A stretch of DNA of 64,000 nucleotides from an uncultured bacterium (GTDB lineage Bacteria > Fidelibacterota > Marinisomatia > Marinisomatales > UBA1611): NCBI GenBank assembly GCA_943788175.1, contig CALSPG010000005.1, forward strand, positions 480,001-544,000. Reading direction: 5' to 3'. Below the pieces are notes generated by a model that made no database searches, was not told the DNA's origin, and saw only the letters and a program-made list of their open reading frames with translations. The translations under genes were made by a program, and so were the position numbers. Shown piece by piece: positions 1-10,177 of this stretch (within the stretch, counting starts at the first letter, position 1; each line of letters starts with the position of its first letter).

Positions 1-201
1 ATTCAGCTTTATGACGCTGAGGGATTGTCTTCCGCTTTTATGAAAGCATTTAACGTCGGACTTATTCCACGCTTTATGATGCTTGATTATGATGGTAAAA
101 TTATCACGGCGCATGCTCCTAGGCCATCTTCAGATGAAGTTAGAGGGTTTATTGATAAACATTTAAATAGTCCGAGAGTAATGAAATTTTCAGCAAAATA
201 A
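1..201 (+). CDS. TlpA-like thioredoxin-fold protein, C-terminal fragment (5' end outside window)
   Basis: Frame 1 is open from base 1 to TAA at 199-201: ...AFNVGLIPRFMMLDYDGKIITAHAPRPSS..., matching the IPRF...DxDGKI...APRPS tail of TlpA/redoxin proteins. The CxxC motif is not in the window. Confidence 0.65.
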   Translation: MQLYDAEGLSSAFMKAFNVGLIPRFMMLDYDGKIITAHAPRPSSDEVRGFIDKHLNSPRVMKFSAK

Positions 202-215
202 AAAAGGAGCTAAAA

Positions 216-953
216 ATGATTAAACAGACCAGTATTATTTCAATATTTTTTATTTTATCAATTGTTTTTGCAAAGGATGCTTCAGCATTAACAGCTCCAG
301 TAATTGAGGTGACCTGGGTTGGGACCTCAACATTAGATACCTTAACTGAGGATGTCCCCTCCTGGTCTGAGGTATTAGTTGCTGTTAGAGTTAATGGAGG
401 TGTCGATAATGGTGAAGGCACAATCGAACCTGGAGGTGTCATACTTAATTGGCAAGTAAATAGCCAGACTGCAAATGTTTTTAGCAGGGCAATGCCAGTT
501 CTTTACAACTTACTCTATCAAGATTATCGTTATATGAAAAGAATGGACCCATATGGAAGCGGTACAAAAATGTATTGGTGGGTTACTGCGCAAAATGTTG
601 ATGGAGAAATTGCATCTACGGAAGTCGATTCATTTTTATTAGGCACACTCGCTTTAGACCATGAACCATTACCATCGGTTTTTAAAATTTTAGATAATTA
701 TCCAAACCCGTTTAATCCAAAAACAAATATTAATTTTTCAGTTAAATACGCTGCTGAGGTTGATTTGTCTGTATACACATTAGGCGGGAAGCTAGTTCGC
801 CAGTTTTATCTAGGGCCGTTATCACCGGGTATTCAAAGTATAGTCTGGGAGGGAAAAGATAATTTTGGTAATGATGTTCCTTCTGGCGTTTATATATATC
901 GTCTTAAATCAGAGTCTCATTCTGAAGCTAGAAAAATGACTCTCCTAAAATAA
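216..953 (+). CDS. Small secreted protein with T9SS type-A-like / FlgD-Ig CTD
   Basis: Signal peptide; C-terminus NYPNPFNP...WEGKDNFGNDVPSGVYIYRL...RKMTLLK; AAGGAG RBS just upstream. Confidence 0.8.
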   Translation: MIKQTSIISIFFILSIVFAKDASALTAPVIEVTWVGTSTLDTLTEDVPSWSEVLVAVRVNGGVDNGEGTIEPGGVILNWQVNSQTANVFSRAMPVLYNLLYQDYRYMKRMDPYGSGTKMYWWVTAQNVDGEIASTEVDSFLLGTLALDHEPLPSVFKILDNYPNPFNPKTNINFSVKYAAEVDLSVYTLGGKLVRQFYLGPLSPGIQSIVWEGKDNFGNDVPSGVYIYRLKSESHSEARKMTLLK

Positions 954-966
954 GATACTTTATTTT

Positions 967-3411
967 ATGGAGATTAGAAAAATTGCACTTTTTGCTATTA
1001 TCATTTCAAAGATGATTGCTGAGCCGATTTCAGTATCGGGCACTGTATATAATGACAATGGTGAACCCTTAGTTGGTGCGAATGTTTTCATTGAGGGCAC
1101 CACGCTTGGAGTCGCGACAGATGCTTCGGGCAAGTACCGAATTCAAAAAGTGCCTAAAGATCGAGAGTATAAACTCTCAGCGATGTATATAGGGCATAGA
1201 AAAAAAACGAAGCCCTTCACTACTAGTCAAGGCATAAATGTTATTGTTGATTTTCAACTTGTTTTATCACTGGTTGATCTAGATGAAGTTGTTGTTGCGG
1301 CTAGTTTCAGCAAGCGAAAGAAGAAAGCCCAGTCTTCACCAATTACAATTATTTCTCAAGATGACCTTAGGAGGCTTCCCGTTCGAAGCATTGATGAAGT
1401 GTTGTCTGGTAAAGTCCCTGGCGGTTATGCAAATCTTCCATCTCGTCCAGGTCAAAATAATTCTGCATTTACAATTAGAGGTGGGACGAGTGGTTCGGGA
1501 AGGCCCTTGGGTGATGTGAAGATATACATAGATGGGATTGAGTTATTAGGCTTTGATATGCAGTCTTCTCCTGGAATATCAGATTTTATTGACCCAAATG
1601 ATATTGAGAAAATAGAAGTCGTTAGAGGGCCGATGGGCTCAACATTGCATGGGTCTAATGCTCAAAGTGGAATCATTCAGATTTTCACTAAGAAAGGGGC
1701 CGATAGAAAAAAAACAAGGGTGAAGGTAAAGTTCGCTAATAAGGCAACGGAAGCTCCAATCATCGATGAGATCTCAAGCGGTCAAGAAGCGTCTTTAAGT
1801 ATGAGTGGGGGAAGCTCTTCAAATGTCAGCTACAATATTGGTTATAATAATTCCATCGATGAAGAAGTTATGCCGGGGAATGGAAAAGATATCAAACAGA
1901 CAAAAATCCATGGCTCTATTAATGCTCGCATAGGTTCTGCAGTTATTGATGCAAAAACGTATCATAGTTGGGGAAAACAAGGTTTTATAAGCAATCTTTA
2001 TCATCTTTTAGAATATAAAGCAGATCGATCATGGGTTAACGCACCTGCTCATTGGGATGATGCATTAGGTATAGATTCTACGCTTGGAGGGACTAGTTAC
2101 TATAAGCCTGGTTTTAGTTTAAATATTACGCATAGCTTGACATCAGACTTGTATCAAAGCTTAGTTATTGGAAACGATTCAAAACGCTTTTTATACAAAA
2201 AGTCTTTTCCGAGTACAGACCTAGCTTATCTAACTCAAAATTGGAATAGGTATACATTAAATTATTTTTTGCATTTTAAAAATAATATTTCAAACGATAT
2301 AAATATTGATTTGACTGCTGGTACTCAAAGGACACTCAGTAACCACACTAGAATTTCAGGTGATTTAGAGGAGGACAAAGACCAGTATTATTATGAGGAT
2401 TTTGAAGATGTATCTTTAGTGGAGCAGAGTAATAAAAACTCAGGGTATTATACAGAGCTTGTGCTTGATTATAAGGATAAACTTTTTATTACCCTTGGCG
2501 AACGAGTGGAGCAGAATGAGTTTTTTGGTAAAGATTATGGAACGCACTACAGTCCTAGAATTGGATTTTCTTATATTTATAACATTGGTGGAGTTATCAT
2601 TAAATCCAGAGGGGCATGGGGGCTTGGTGGCATCAATCCGCCGAAAGCAATGCAGGCGCTACCTAGTGAATCAGACTATAGCATCAATTTAGGAAATCCT
2701 GACCTTAGGCCTGAAAGACAATCGGGTTATGAAATGGGTGGCGATTTATATTTCGGGGATAATGTTTTTGTTGAGGTCACCTACTTTGATCAGTTATTTC
2801 TTGATGGTGTTGCCAATGATCGAAGTATCGATGATCTTTACACCGCTAAAGAAGAATATCGTTATATAAACCTCGGGCAAATCATTAATAAAGGTTGGGA
2901 ATTTGCTGCTAAAACAAGGATTGGGCCCCTGGATATAAATGCAAACTTTTCGATCATAGACAGTCGCTGGGGAAAAGACAGTATTAGGCAAAATGATTCG
3001 CAGTACGAAGGTTACTTTGATGAAGGGGTACGTAGGAATGATGTCCCTCAATCTACAGGAAACATATCATTCGCCTATAGTATTCCTGGATACTTTGGAA
3101 AATCAAAAAAGGGCGGATCATTTGTTGTCGATGTTAATTACATAGGCAAGAAAAAAGGGCGAGATTGGTTATTGTATTACGATGGTTTTTACAATCCTGA
3201 TATACCAACAATCTCTTATTACAGCAAAGACTTAATTAAAGTGTATGATCCGTTTACATCGTTGAGACTAAGGTTAAACTATTGGCTTACAAATAAAGTG
3301 TCTACCTTTATTGATATTCGAAACCTTACAAATCATTCTGATATTTCAAGATCCATCACCGAGCCAGCCTTGGGAAGGCAAATGATTGTAGGTATTGATT
3401 TTGAGTTTTGA
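967..3411 (+). CDS. TonB-dependent receptor (SusC-like plug)
   Basis: N-terminal carboxypeptidase-regulatory-like domain (VSGTVY...GEPLVGANV), plug motif DPNDIEKIEVVRGPMGSTLHGSNAQSGIIQIFTKKG, GNPDLRPE motif, terminal Phe. Confidence 0.9.
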   Translation: MEIRKIALFAIIISKMIAEPISVSGTVYNDNGEPLVGANVFIEGTTLGVATDASGKYRIQKVPKDREYKLSAMYIGHRKKTKPFTTSQGINVIVDFQLVLSLVDLDEVVVAASFSKRKKKAQSSPITIISQDDLRRLPVRSIDEVLSGKVPGGYANLPSRPGQNNSAFTIRGGTSGSGRPLGDVKIYIDGIELLGFDMQSSPGISDFIDPNDIEKIEVVRGPMGSTLHGSNAQSGIIQIFTKKGADRKKTRVKVKFANKATEAPIIDEISSGQEASLSMSGGSSSNVSYNIGYNNSIDEEVMPGNGKDIKQTKIHGSINARIGSAVIDAKTYHSWGKQGFISNLYHLLEYKADRSWVNAPAHWDDALGIDSTLGGTSYYKPGFSLNITHSLTSDLYQSLVIGNDSKRFLYKKSFPSTDLAYLTQNWNRYTLNYFLHFKNNISNDINIDLTAGTQRTLSNHTRISGDLEEDKDQYYYEDFEDVSLVEQSNKNSGYYTELVLDYKDKLFITLGERVEQNEFFGKDYGTHYSPRIGFSYIYNIGGVIIKSRGAWGLGGINPPKAMQALPSESDYSINLGNPDLRPERQSGYEMGGDLYFGDNVFVEVTYFDQLFLDGVANDRSIDDLYTAKEEYRYINLGQIINKGWEFAAKTRIGPLDINANFSIIDSRWGKDSIRQNDSQYEGYFDEGVRRNDVPQSTGNISFAYSIPGYFGKSKKGGSFVVDVNYIGKKKGRDWLLYYDGFYNPDIPTISYYSKDLIKVYDPFTSLRLRLNYWLTNKVSTFIDIRNLTNHSDISRSITEPALGRQMIVGIDFEF

Positions 3412-3575
3412 TATTAAACAAAATGTCTAAATTTAAAAAAGTAAAGTAAAATGATAGTAATTTTTAATATTTTATGAAATAATGTCAAATAGTTGATTAT
3501 TTAAGTATCTTAATTATAAGAGAGTACTGATTTGAAAATTATTTTCATTTAATTTGAATTAAATCTTGGATGTAA

Positions 3576-3587
3576 TTGTACATACAA
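3576..3587. promoter_or_regulatory. Palindrome TTGTA-CA-TACAA, candidate GntR/HutC-type operator
   Basis: 5-bp inverted arms between a possible -35 (TTGGAT 3566-3571) and -10 (TATATT 3590-3595) upstream of the 3697 operon. The AT-rich context makes a chance match possible. Confidence 0.35.
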
Positions 3588-3696
3588 ATTATATTATTTT
3601 GTTGAAAATTTCAGTTTAATTACAAAAGTAATATTCACGTGATTATTTTTTTGTTTTTATAATTTTCAATTTTAATACAATAAAAGGAGAACAAAT

Positions 3697-6600
3697 ATGA
3701 GAAGAATGTTAACGCTTTTTCTTTCAGTTTTTATGGTATCAGCAATGATGGCTGATGAATATGAAGCTGGAGTTGATTTTAGAATTGACAATAAGTTAAT
3801 GTTTCATGGTGATGCTAATTTTTCAGATTTTTCTGTTCTGGGTGCACAAAGTGTAATGGCTGGAATGGATTTTGATGCTGACGGCAAAGCTGAAATTCTA
3901 TTTACGATGGATGAAACACTGCCTCCAGGTGGTCCAGATCCAGGTAATGTCGGAGTCTTTTTATATGAGTCAGATGGTGCTGGTGGATATACACATGTCT
4001 GGCATTTCGTATCTCCAGATCCTGGAAATAGTTTACCCGCAATGACACATGGTGACATTGATGGAGATGGTAAACATGAGATTTATTTTGGTGTTCCCCC
4101 TGCTTCTTCAAATGATGCTACTTGGGGTACATATATTTTTGAACAAGGTGCCGATGGAACATTTCCAGCGACAGCTACGCTTCTTCATCGTTATGGATTT
4201 GAAACTGCTCAAAACTTTCGTCCAGCTGGTTATGCTTTAGGTGACATTGATGGAGATGGTAAAGTTGAGCTAGTAACAACAGACCGTGGTGAAAAGCGTA
4301 TGTCTATTGATGCCCTAACTGGTTCTGACCTTGATAACCTTGCTTCTTTAACCAATGAATATTTGGATACTGAAAATCTTTTAGGTGGTGGTGTTTATGA
4401 TGTAGACATTGCTGATACAGATAGAGATGGTAAGCATGAAGTATGGGTTAATACATGGGATAATTTTAGTATGGCTATTTTTGAAGCAACAGGTCCAAAT
4501 ACTTATGTGCTTGCTGCTGACATAAATGGCATTTTTTCTGCAGATAATGATCCAGGTTCTTTCAATCGCACCGGGTTTGCTTTTAGTGATGTTGATAATG
4601 ATAACGATCATGATGCCTGGTTTCCAATGACCAATGGTAAACTTTATTACTTCGACAATCCTTCTCTAGATAGTATTGCACCAAATGTAATTGCTAATGG
4701 AGGCGTTGATGGTGGCACTGCAGGTTGGAGTTTTTATCCTGATAATCACGGTATAACAGTTGCTACTAATGGTGATACTCTACTTTTTAGTATAGATACT
4801 ACTACTTACACAAATGTGACTGGAGGCGATTCTGTTGTTTATGATACAACGCACATCTCTTTTGCAGCCTCTGTTGGAGATTCTGCTTTAATGATTCCTC
4901 ATATTGGAGATGCTACTGAGAATAATGCGTTCTTTCTTTATACAGGAGACAATGCTTTATCTGAAGGTTTGCAGTTTTATGCATCTGCTCATGTTATAGT
5001 TGGGAGCCCAACTACTACAGCAGCATCAGGTACCGCGACACTTTTTGCGAAGTATTTTGGTCCTAATTATGCATTCATTAGCTCGGATACTAAAACACTT
5101 CCAGTGACATCAACTGCTGCTTCTCTAAATTCTTGGACACCTTTAGAGATTTTTGGTAGGGTTCCTGCTGGAGCAACGATAGTTCAGGTAGGTGTATCGT
5201 ATACTGGTGGTGCTGATGTTAGCAGTATCTTTGTAGATGAACTAAAAATGAGTCCTGTGGTTGGTAACGGTGTTGCTGATATTACAGCTGCGGACTTTAC
5301 TGAAGTTTTAGCATTCGGTGGAGCTTCAAGTAGAGGTGCTGGAATGGGTGATATAGATGGTGACAGTAAGCCAGATATCATTGTTGGAACTGGAACTGGT
5401 GAAACAGTATTATGGATAGAATACGTTGGATCTAATCCTAAGGATGCAATGTCTTACGAGACTACAACTATACTTTCAAGTAAAGGTGGTCCATTAGATA
5501 GATACTATCCTCTTTCAATTCCAAACTCTGATTTAGATGGAGATGGAAACCATGAAGTTGTTATTTCAAACCTTTATGCGACAGAAGCTTCTCAAGCACA
5601 ACTCTTAGTTGTTGAGCATGCTCCTTTTTCATGGAGTAATGATGGTGGCAATGAAACCTTAAATGCGGGAACTGGTTGGACAGTTGCCGGTTATGGAACT
5701 GCTGCTATGGGTGATTCTGCAACAGCTGCTGGTGAAGTCAGTTCGTACAATAATACAAGAGCTGTAAAAGGTGGTATGGATATGGACCAAGACGGCAAGC
5801 ATGAAGTAGTTACTACAAGTTATGCTGGAAGAGTCTCAGTTTATGAATTTGATAGTGCAAACAATGCCTTTGACGTTGTATGGCAGTCTCCGATACCAGA
5901 TTCGTTACGATACGGATTCAGTACAAGAAGTGTGAATGTTGGCGATCTTGATGGTGATGGTAAACATGAAATTGTATTTCCTGTTAGTGAAGCTGACGCT
6001 GTTGGTTTCCATATTTATGAATGGGATGGTGTAGTTGGTAGTGATAACTATGGAACAACATTTTCTTCTATAAATGGCTTGTATAACGGTACAGACGACA
6101 ACAATAAAAATCTTCGTCATGAACGATTTGAAATTGATGATATCGATGGTGATGGTCAGCAGGAATTGATTTCAGTAGTAAGAGATGGCTCTAAGGGTAT
6201 GATAGTCTCCTCTATTGCTGCAGGAGATGACATCGTTCACAATTCAGGCGGTAGCTTTGAAACATGGTCTGTTGAGTTGCATACTGATTACAATGATTTC
6301 GGTGGCGGATCTCCTTACCATGCACTTCCAGTAGATTTGAATGGTGATGGACAAAGAGAAATCTTAGGACATCAATGGAATAATTTTAATTTCCATACTA
6401 TTGCAGTAACTGGAGCTGATACTTATGATACGACATCAATGGGTAGTTTCTATCAAGCTGCTAGTAACGACCAGCACTCGTTGAATGGTGGAAGTAAAGC
6501 AGATGTTGATGGCGATGGAAATGAAGAAGCGTATTTCGCAACATATGGCGCAGGTTTTGGTTATGCAGCTAATTCAGGGGAATTATATGTTGTTGACTAT

Positions 6601-7443
6601 GATGCAACTGATGACGTAACTATGATTGGACCAGGTCAAGTCAAAAGAGTTGGCTTTGGTGGTGGTAACATAATTGGTGGTATTGGTAATGGATACGATG
6701 GTGGAGACAACCATCATATTTTTACTAGTGGTACTAGCAGTAGAAGACCGCAAGTTATTGCTCATGAGTATATTGGACCTGATCCTTCATCAGCTTCAAG
6801 TTATCTTCAAAAAGCTGTCTACTATGGTGAGCTCGATGTAGCGGAAAGAACGACTACAACAGATTCAACTGGTACAGCAGTTACTACCTACAAAAGAAAA
6901 TGGGGATTTCCTCAAAAGATCCAGACAAACTGGGGCTATGATCTTCTAGATTTTGATGGTGATGGTAAAAAAGAGATACTCATGTCTTTCCAAAGTAATC
7001 CTGATTCTTTAACACACAAAGATATTACTTGGGATGCTACTGGTGACTCAAATATCGTTGTAGAAACAAGAGTTGTTAACCCTAAAAACTGGGAGTTTGT
7101 ACTTCTAGAAAACGGTTCAGAACAGCTGGCTACAGATGATCCAATTACCTTTATTTCTCCTGAAGAATATCGTTTAGAACAGAACTATCCAAATCCGTTC
7201 AACCCTAATACGACTATTCAATACACGTTACCTATTAATCGTAAAGTATCTATTAAGATCTATAACGTTAATGGCCAGCTGGTAAATACACTGGTTAACA
7301 ACAAATTAGTTTCTGCAGGTACTCACAAGGTGATGTGGAATGGGAAAAATACAAATGGTCTTCAAGTCTCAACTGGAATGTATTTTTACAGTCTAGAGTG
7401 GGCAGGCATGAAGAAGGTCAAAAGCATGACCTTGCTTAAGTAA
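3697..7443 (+). CDS. Large secreted FG-GAP/VCBS-repeat protein with CBM-like insert and T9SS type-A-like CTD
   Basis: Many DxDGDGKxE repeats; central NVIANGG...W...IFVDELKM segment; C-terminal LEQNYPNPFNP...KSMTLLK; AAGGAGA RBS. Confidence 0.85.
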   Translation: MRRMLTLFLSVFMVSAMMADEYEAGVDFRIDNKLMFHGDANFSDFSVLGAQSVMAGMDFDADGKAEILFTMDETLPPGGPDPGNVGVFLYESDGAGGYTHVWHFVSPDPGNSLPAMTHGDIDGDGKHEIYFGVPPASSNDATWGTYIFEQGADGTFPATATLLHRYGFETAQNFRPAGYALGDIDGDGKVELVTTDRGEKRMSIDALTGSDLDNLASLTNEYLDTENLLGGGVYDVDIADTDRDGKHEVWVNTWDNFSMAIFEATGPNTYVLAADINGIFSADNDPGSFNRTGFAFSDVDNDNDHDAWFPMTNGKLYYFDNPSLDSIAPNVIANGGVDGGTAGWSFYPDNHGITVATNGDTLLFSIDTTTYTNVTGGDSVVYDTTHISFAASVGDSALMIPHIGDATENNAFFLYTGDNALSEGLQFYASAHVIVGSPTTTAASGTATLFAKYFGPNYAFISSDTKTLPVTSTAASLNSWTPLEIFGRVPAGATIVQVGVSYTGGADVSSIFVDELKMSPVVGNGVADITAADFTEVLAFGGASSRGAGMGDIDGDSKPDIIVGTGTGETVLWIEYVGSNPKDAMSYETTTILSSKGGPLDRYYPLSIPNSDLDGDGNHEVVISNLYATEASQAQLLVVEHAPFSWSNDGGNETLNAGTGWTVAGYGTAAMGDSATAAGEVSSYNNTRAVKGGMDMDQDGKHEVVTTSYAGRVSVYEFDSANNAFDVVWQSPIPDSLRYGFSTRSVNVGDLDGDGKHEIVFPVSEADAVGFHIYEWDGVVGSDNYGTTFSSINGLYNGTDDNNKNLRHERFEIDDIDGDGQQELISVVRDGSKGMIVSSIAAGDDIVHNSGGSFETWSVELHTDYNDFGGGSPYHALPVDLNGDGQREILGHQWNNFNFHTIAVTGADTYDTTSMGSFYQAASNDQHSLNGGSKADVDGDGNEEAYFATYGAGFGYAANSGELYVVDYDATDDVTMIGPGQVKRVGFGGGNIIGGIGNGYDGGDNHHIFTSGTSSRRPQVIAHEYIGPDPSSASSYLQKAVYYGELDVAERTTTTDSTGTAVTTYKRKWGFPQKIQTNWGYDLLDFDGDGKKEILMSFQSNPDSLTHKDITWDATGDSNIVVETRVVNPKNWEFVLLENGSEQLATDDPITFISPEEYRLEQNYPNPFNPNTTIQYTLPINRKVSIKIYNVNGQLVNTLVNNKLVSAGTHKVMWNGKNTNGLQVSTGMYFYSLEWAGMKKVKSMTLLK

Positions 7444-7468
7444 TAAGCTCCGTTTAATTACTTTACTC

Positions 7469-7505
7469 AAACAAGGGAGAACTACTACGTTCTCCCTTGT
7501 TTTTT
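7469..7505 (+). terminator. Intrinsic terminator-like hairpin
   Basis: AAACAAGGGAGAAC-tactac-GTTCTCCCTTGTTT (14-bp perfect stem) running into a T tract. Confidence 0.75.
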
Positions 7506-7516
7506 AGTTTTTAAAA

Positions 7517-10171
7517 ATGAAAAAATTTATATTCCTCACACTCCTCTCAGGTTTCTTATTTAGTTCAAATGGTAAGCTAACTGGCACAATAACTCAAAAG
7601 TCTGATAATGCTCCTGCTGTAGGCGTCAATATAATGATTGCCGATACATATTTGGGTGCAGCTTCTGCACAGGATGGAAGATTTGTAATTTTAAACATCC
7701 CTCCAGGAACGTATTCTGTTAGGGTGGATGCTATCGGGTTTGCTCCAGTTGTTCTTCAAAATGTCAGGATTACGACATCTCAAACCACAGAAATCAATAT
7801 TAAACTCGATGAATCAGTTGTGGAAGGTCAAGAGGTCACTGTTGTTGCGGAAAGACCTTTAATTCAGAAAGACTTAACTGCTTCTCAACGGGTTACAACG
7901 GCTAAGGAAATTGCAGATATGCCGGTTGAATCTTTCCTTGGCGTTCTATCAACACATGCAGGTGTAAATAAAAGTGCTGATGGTGCTTTGCATGTCAGAG
8001 GTGGTAGAAGCAATGAAGTTGGGTATTATATCGGCGGTGTTTCTATGTCAAACCCGTTTTTCACAAACTCATTAGCAGTCGGTTTAAGTAATAAAGCTCT
8101 GGAAGAAATGAAGCTCGTTAGTGGCGCTTTCAATGCAGAATATGGGAACGCGATGAGTGGAGTTGTGAACGTAAAAGTAAAAGATGGTGGCAAAAAATAT
8201 CAAGGTAGTCTTTCTTATTATGCCGGTGATTATAATTCAAATGCAGAAGATATTTTTCCTAATATTTCCGATCAGTCTTTTACGGCAAATACCACCTTAG
8301 ATGCATTTGTGTCTGGACCGGTGATTCCAGGTTTAGGTGATAAATTAACGTTTAATATTTCTGTAAGGAGAAACCAAAGTGAAGGTTATCTTAATGGTAT
8401 AAGAGAACATTCTCCTGGTGATTTTGCTTATTTCCCGCCCAGTGGGAATTGGTATATCCAAATGACCGGTGATAGTAATTATGTTCCAATGAACCCTAGC
8501 GAGAGCAATAACTTTCTTTCAAAATTTACGTGGAGACTCTCACCGAGGATTAAAATATCTACTCAATCGATTATGTCTCAGTCTCAAAGTAAGAGCTATT
8601 CACATGCTTATAAATACAACCCTGAAGGCATAGCCACTGGCTACACACAAAATAATAACCATTCATTGCAAATCAATCATTCACTTTCTCCAAAAAGTTT
8701 CTATGAAGGCAATGTCTTCTTTAGTGATACTGATTATAAGAATTATTTATATGCAGATACATTAGATCAGCGGTACGTAAATACAGACTATATTAATACT
8801 GAGCCAACATCTGCTACTTTTTTATTTGGTGGTACGCAGATGGGGCATACATATAGAAACTCAAAATCTGTTGGCGGTAAGTTCGACTTCACGAGCCAAA
8901 TAAGCTCTAACCATGAAATAAAAACTGGGTTTAGTTTTAGAAATGATAATTTAGTTGAAAGAAACCTTACTGTGCTATTTGATCAAAATTTTGATGAACC
9001 AACTGTATTATCTGAGAATAAATCTCCTTATCACATTTTCTATGATAAAGATGCTGTTCAGTATTCAGCTTATATCCAAGATAAAATGGAATATAGCTCT
9101 ATGATAATGAACGCTGGTATTCGTTATGATGCCTTTGTTCCTAATGATTCAACTATTGCTAATTTGCTTTATCCCGAGGCAGACCAAAAAGAAGCGAAAA
9201 CAAAGACAATGGTCTCTCCCCGGGTTGGTGTCTCTTTACCTATAACGGAGAAAGGTATTTTCCACTTTTCTTATGGGCATTTTTATCAAATGCCAACTTT
9301 AAGGAATCTATATAGAGAAAGTTATTTTGGTGCAGGACTGGCACCAACGGTTGGAAATCCTGACCTCAAACCAGAAAAAACAGTTTTGTATGAATTTGGC
9401 TTTCAACAACAGTTCGGTAATCTAATTGGAATGGACTTTAATGTGTTTTATAAAGATATTCGCGAGCTTTTAGCTTTACAGAGTATTCGATATAATAGTC
9501 CGAACTATGGCCCTTCTAATTATTCAATATATTTAAACAAAGATTATGGAAGCGCAAGGGGCTTGACGCTATCTATTACTAAAAGGTATGACCCGGTGTC
9601 AAGAACGAGCTTATGGGTAGATTATACCTACCAGAAATCTGAAGGAAACTCTGTTAACTCTGGGTCTTTTTACTTTAGTGCGCTTAGTGGTACAGAGGAA
9701 GAGAAGCTTATTGTACCTTTATCATGGGATCAGTCTCATTTACTTAATACAACTTTGATTGTTGGAGACCCATCAAAAACGACACTTGGTATCATTGGAA
9801 AAATCTCAACTGGTTGGCCTTACACGCCATCCATTCCAAATGCAAACTTCATTCCTAAGCCAAATAGTGGCAGGAAACCTATTCAAAGAAATGTTGATGC
9901 AAAGTTAGAAACGAGAGTGTCAGTTAAAGGATATAGGGTTGCATTATTTGTCAGGGTATATAATTTATTTGATCTTCGTAATGAACGATATGTATTTGAT
10001 GATACTGGAACAGCAAAGTACACATATGAATATCGTAGTAATCAAGAGTCTGAGCAATTGATTGAAAATTATGGAATGCCTGGTCTTCATACATGGGAAG
10101 ATTATGTCACGAGGCCAAATTATTATTCTGCTCCTAGGTCTTTTAAAGTAGGATTAAGTCTGGATTTATAA
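7517..10171 (+). CDS. TonB-dependent receptor
   Basis: GKLTGTI N-terminal domain, HVRGGRSNEV and SGAFNAEYGNAMSGVVN plug motifs, SPRVG, GNPDLKPEKT, C-terminal beta-strand. Confidence 0.92.
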   Translation: MKKFIFLTLLSGFLFSSNGKLTGTITQKSDNAPAVGVNIMIADTYLGAASAQDGRFVILNIPPGTYSVRVDAIGFAPVVLQNVRITTSQTTEINIKLDESVVEGQEVTVVAERPLIQKDLTASQRVTTAKEIADMPVESFLGVLSTHAGVNKSADGALHVRGGRSNEVGYYIGGVSMSNPFFTNSLAVGLSNKALEEMKLVSGAFNAEYGNAMSGVVNVKVKDGGKKYQGSLSYYAGDYNSNAEDIFPNISDQSFTANTTLDAFVSGPVIPGLGDKLTFNISVRRNQSEGYLNGIREHSPGDFAYFPPSGNWYIQMTGDSNYVPMNPSESNNFLSKFTWRLSPRIKISTQSIMSQSQSKSYSHAYKYNPEGIATGYTQNNNHSLQINHSLSPKSFYEGNVFFSDTDYKNYLYADTLDQRYVNTDYINTEPTSATFLFGGTQMGHTYRNSKSVGGKFDFTSQISSNHEIKTGFSFRNDNLVERNLTVLFDQNFDEPTVLSENKSPYHIFYDKDAVQYSAYIQDKMEYSSMIMNAGIRYDAFVPNDSTIANLLYPEADQKEAKTKTMVSPRVGVSLPITEKGIFHFSYGHFYQMPTLRNLYRESYFGAGLAPTVGNPDLKPEKTVLYEFGFQQQFGNLIGMDFNVFYKDIRELLALQSIRYNSPNYGPSNYSIYLNKDYGSARGLTLSITKRYDPVSRTSLWVDYTYQKSEGNSVNSGSFYFSALSGTEEEKLIVPLSWDQSHLLNTTLIVGDPSKTTLGIIGKISTGWPYTPSIPNANFIPKPNSGRKPIQRNVDAKLETRVSVKGYRVALFVRVYNLFDLRNERYVFDDTGTAKYTYEYRSNQESEQLIENYGMPGLHTWEDYVTRPNYYSAPRSFKVGLSLDL

Positions 10172-10177
10172 AATAGT

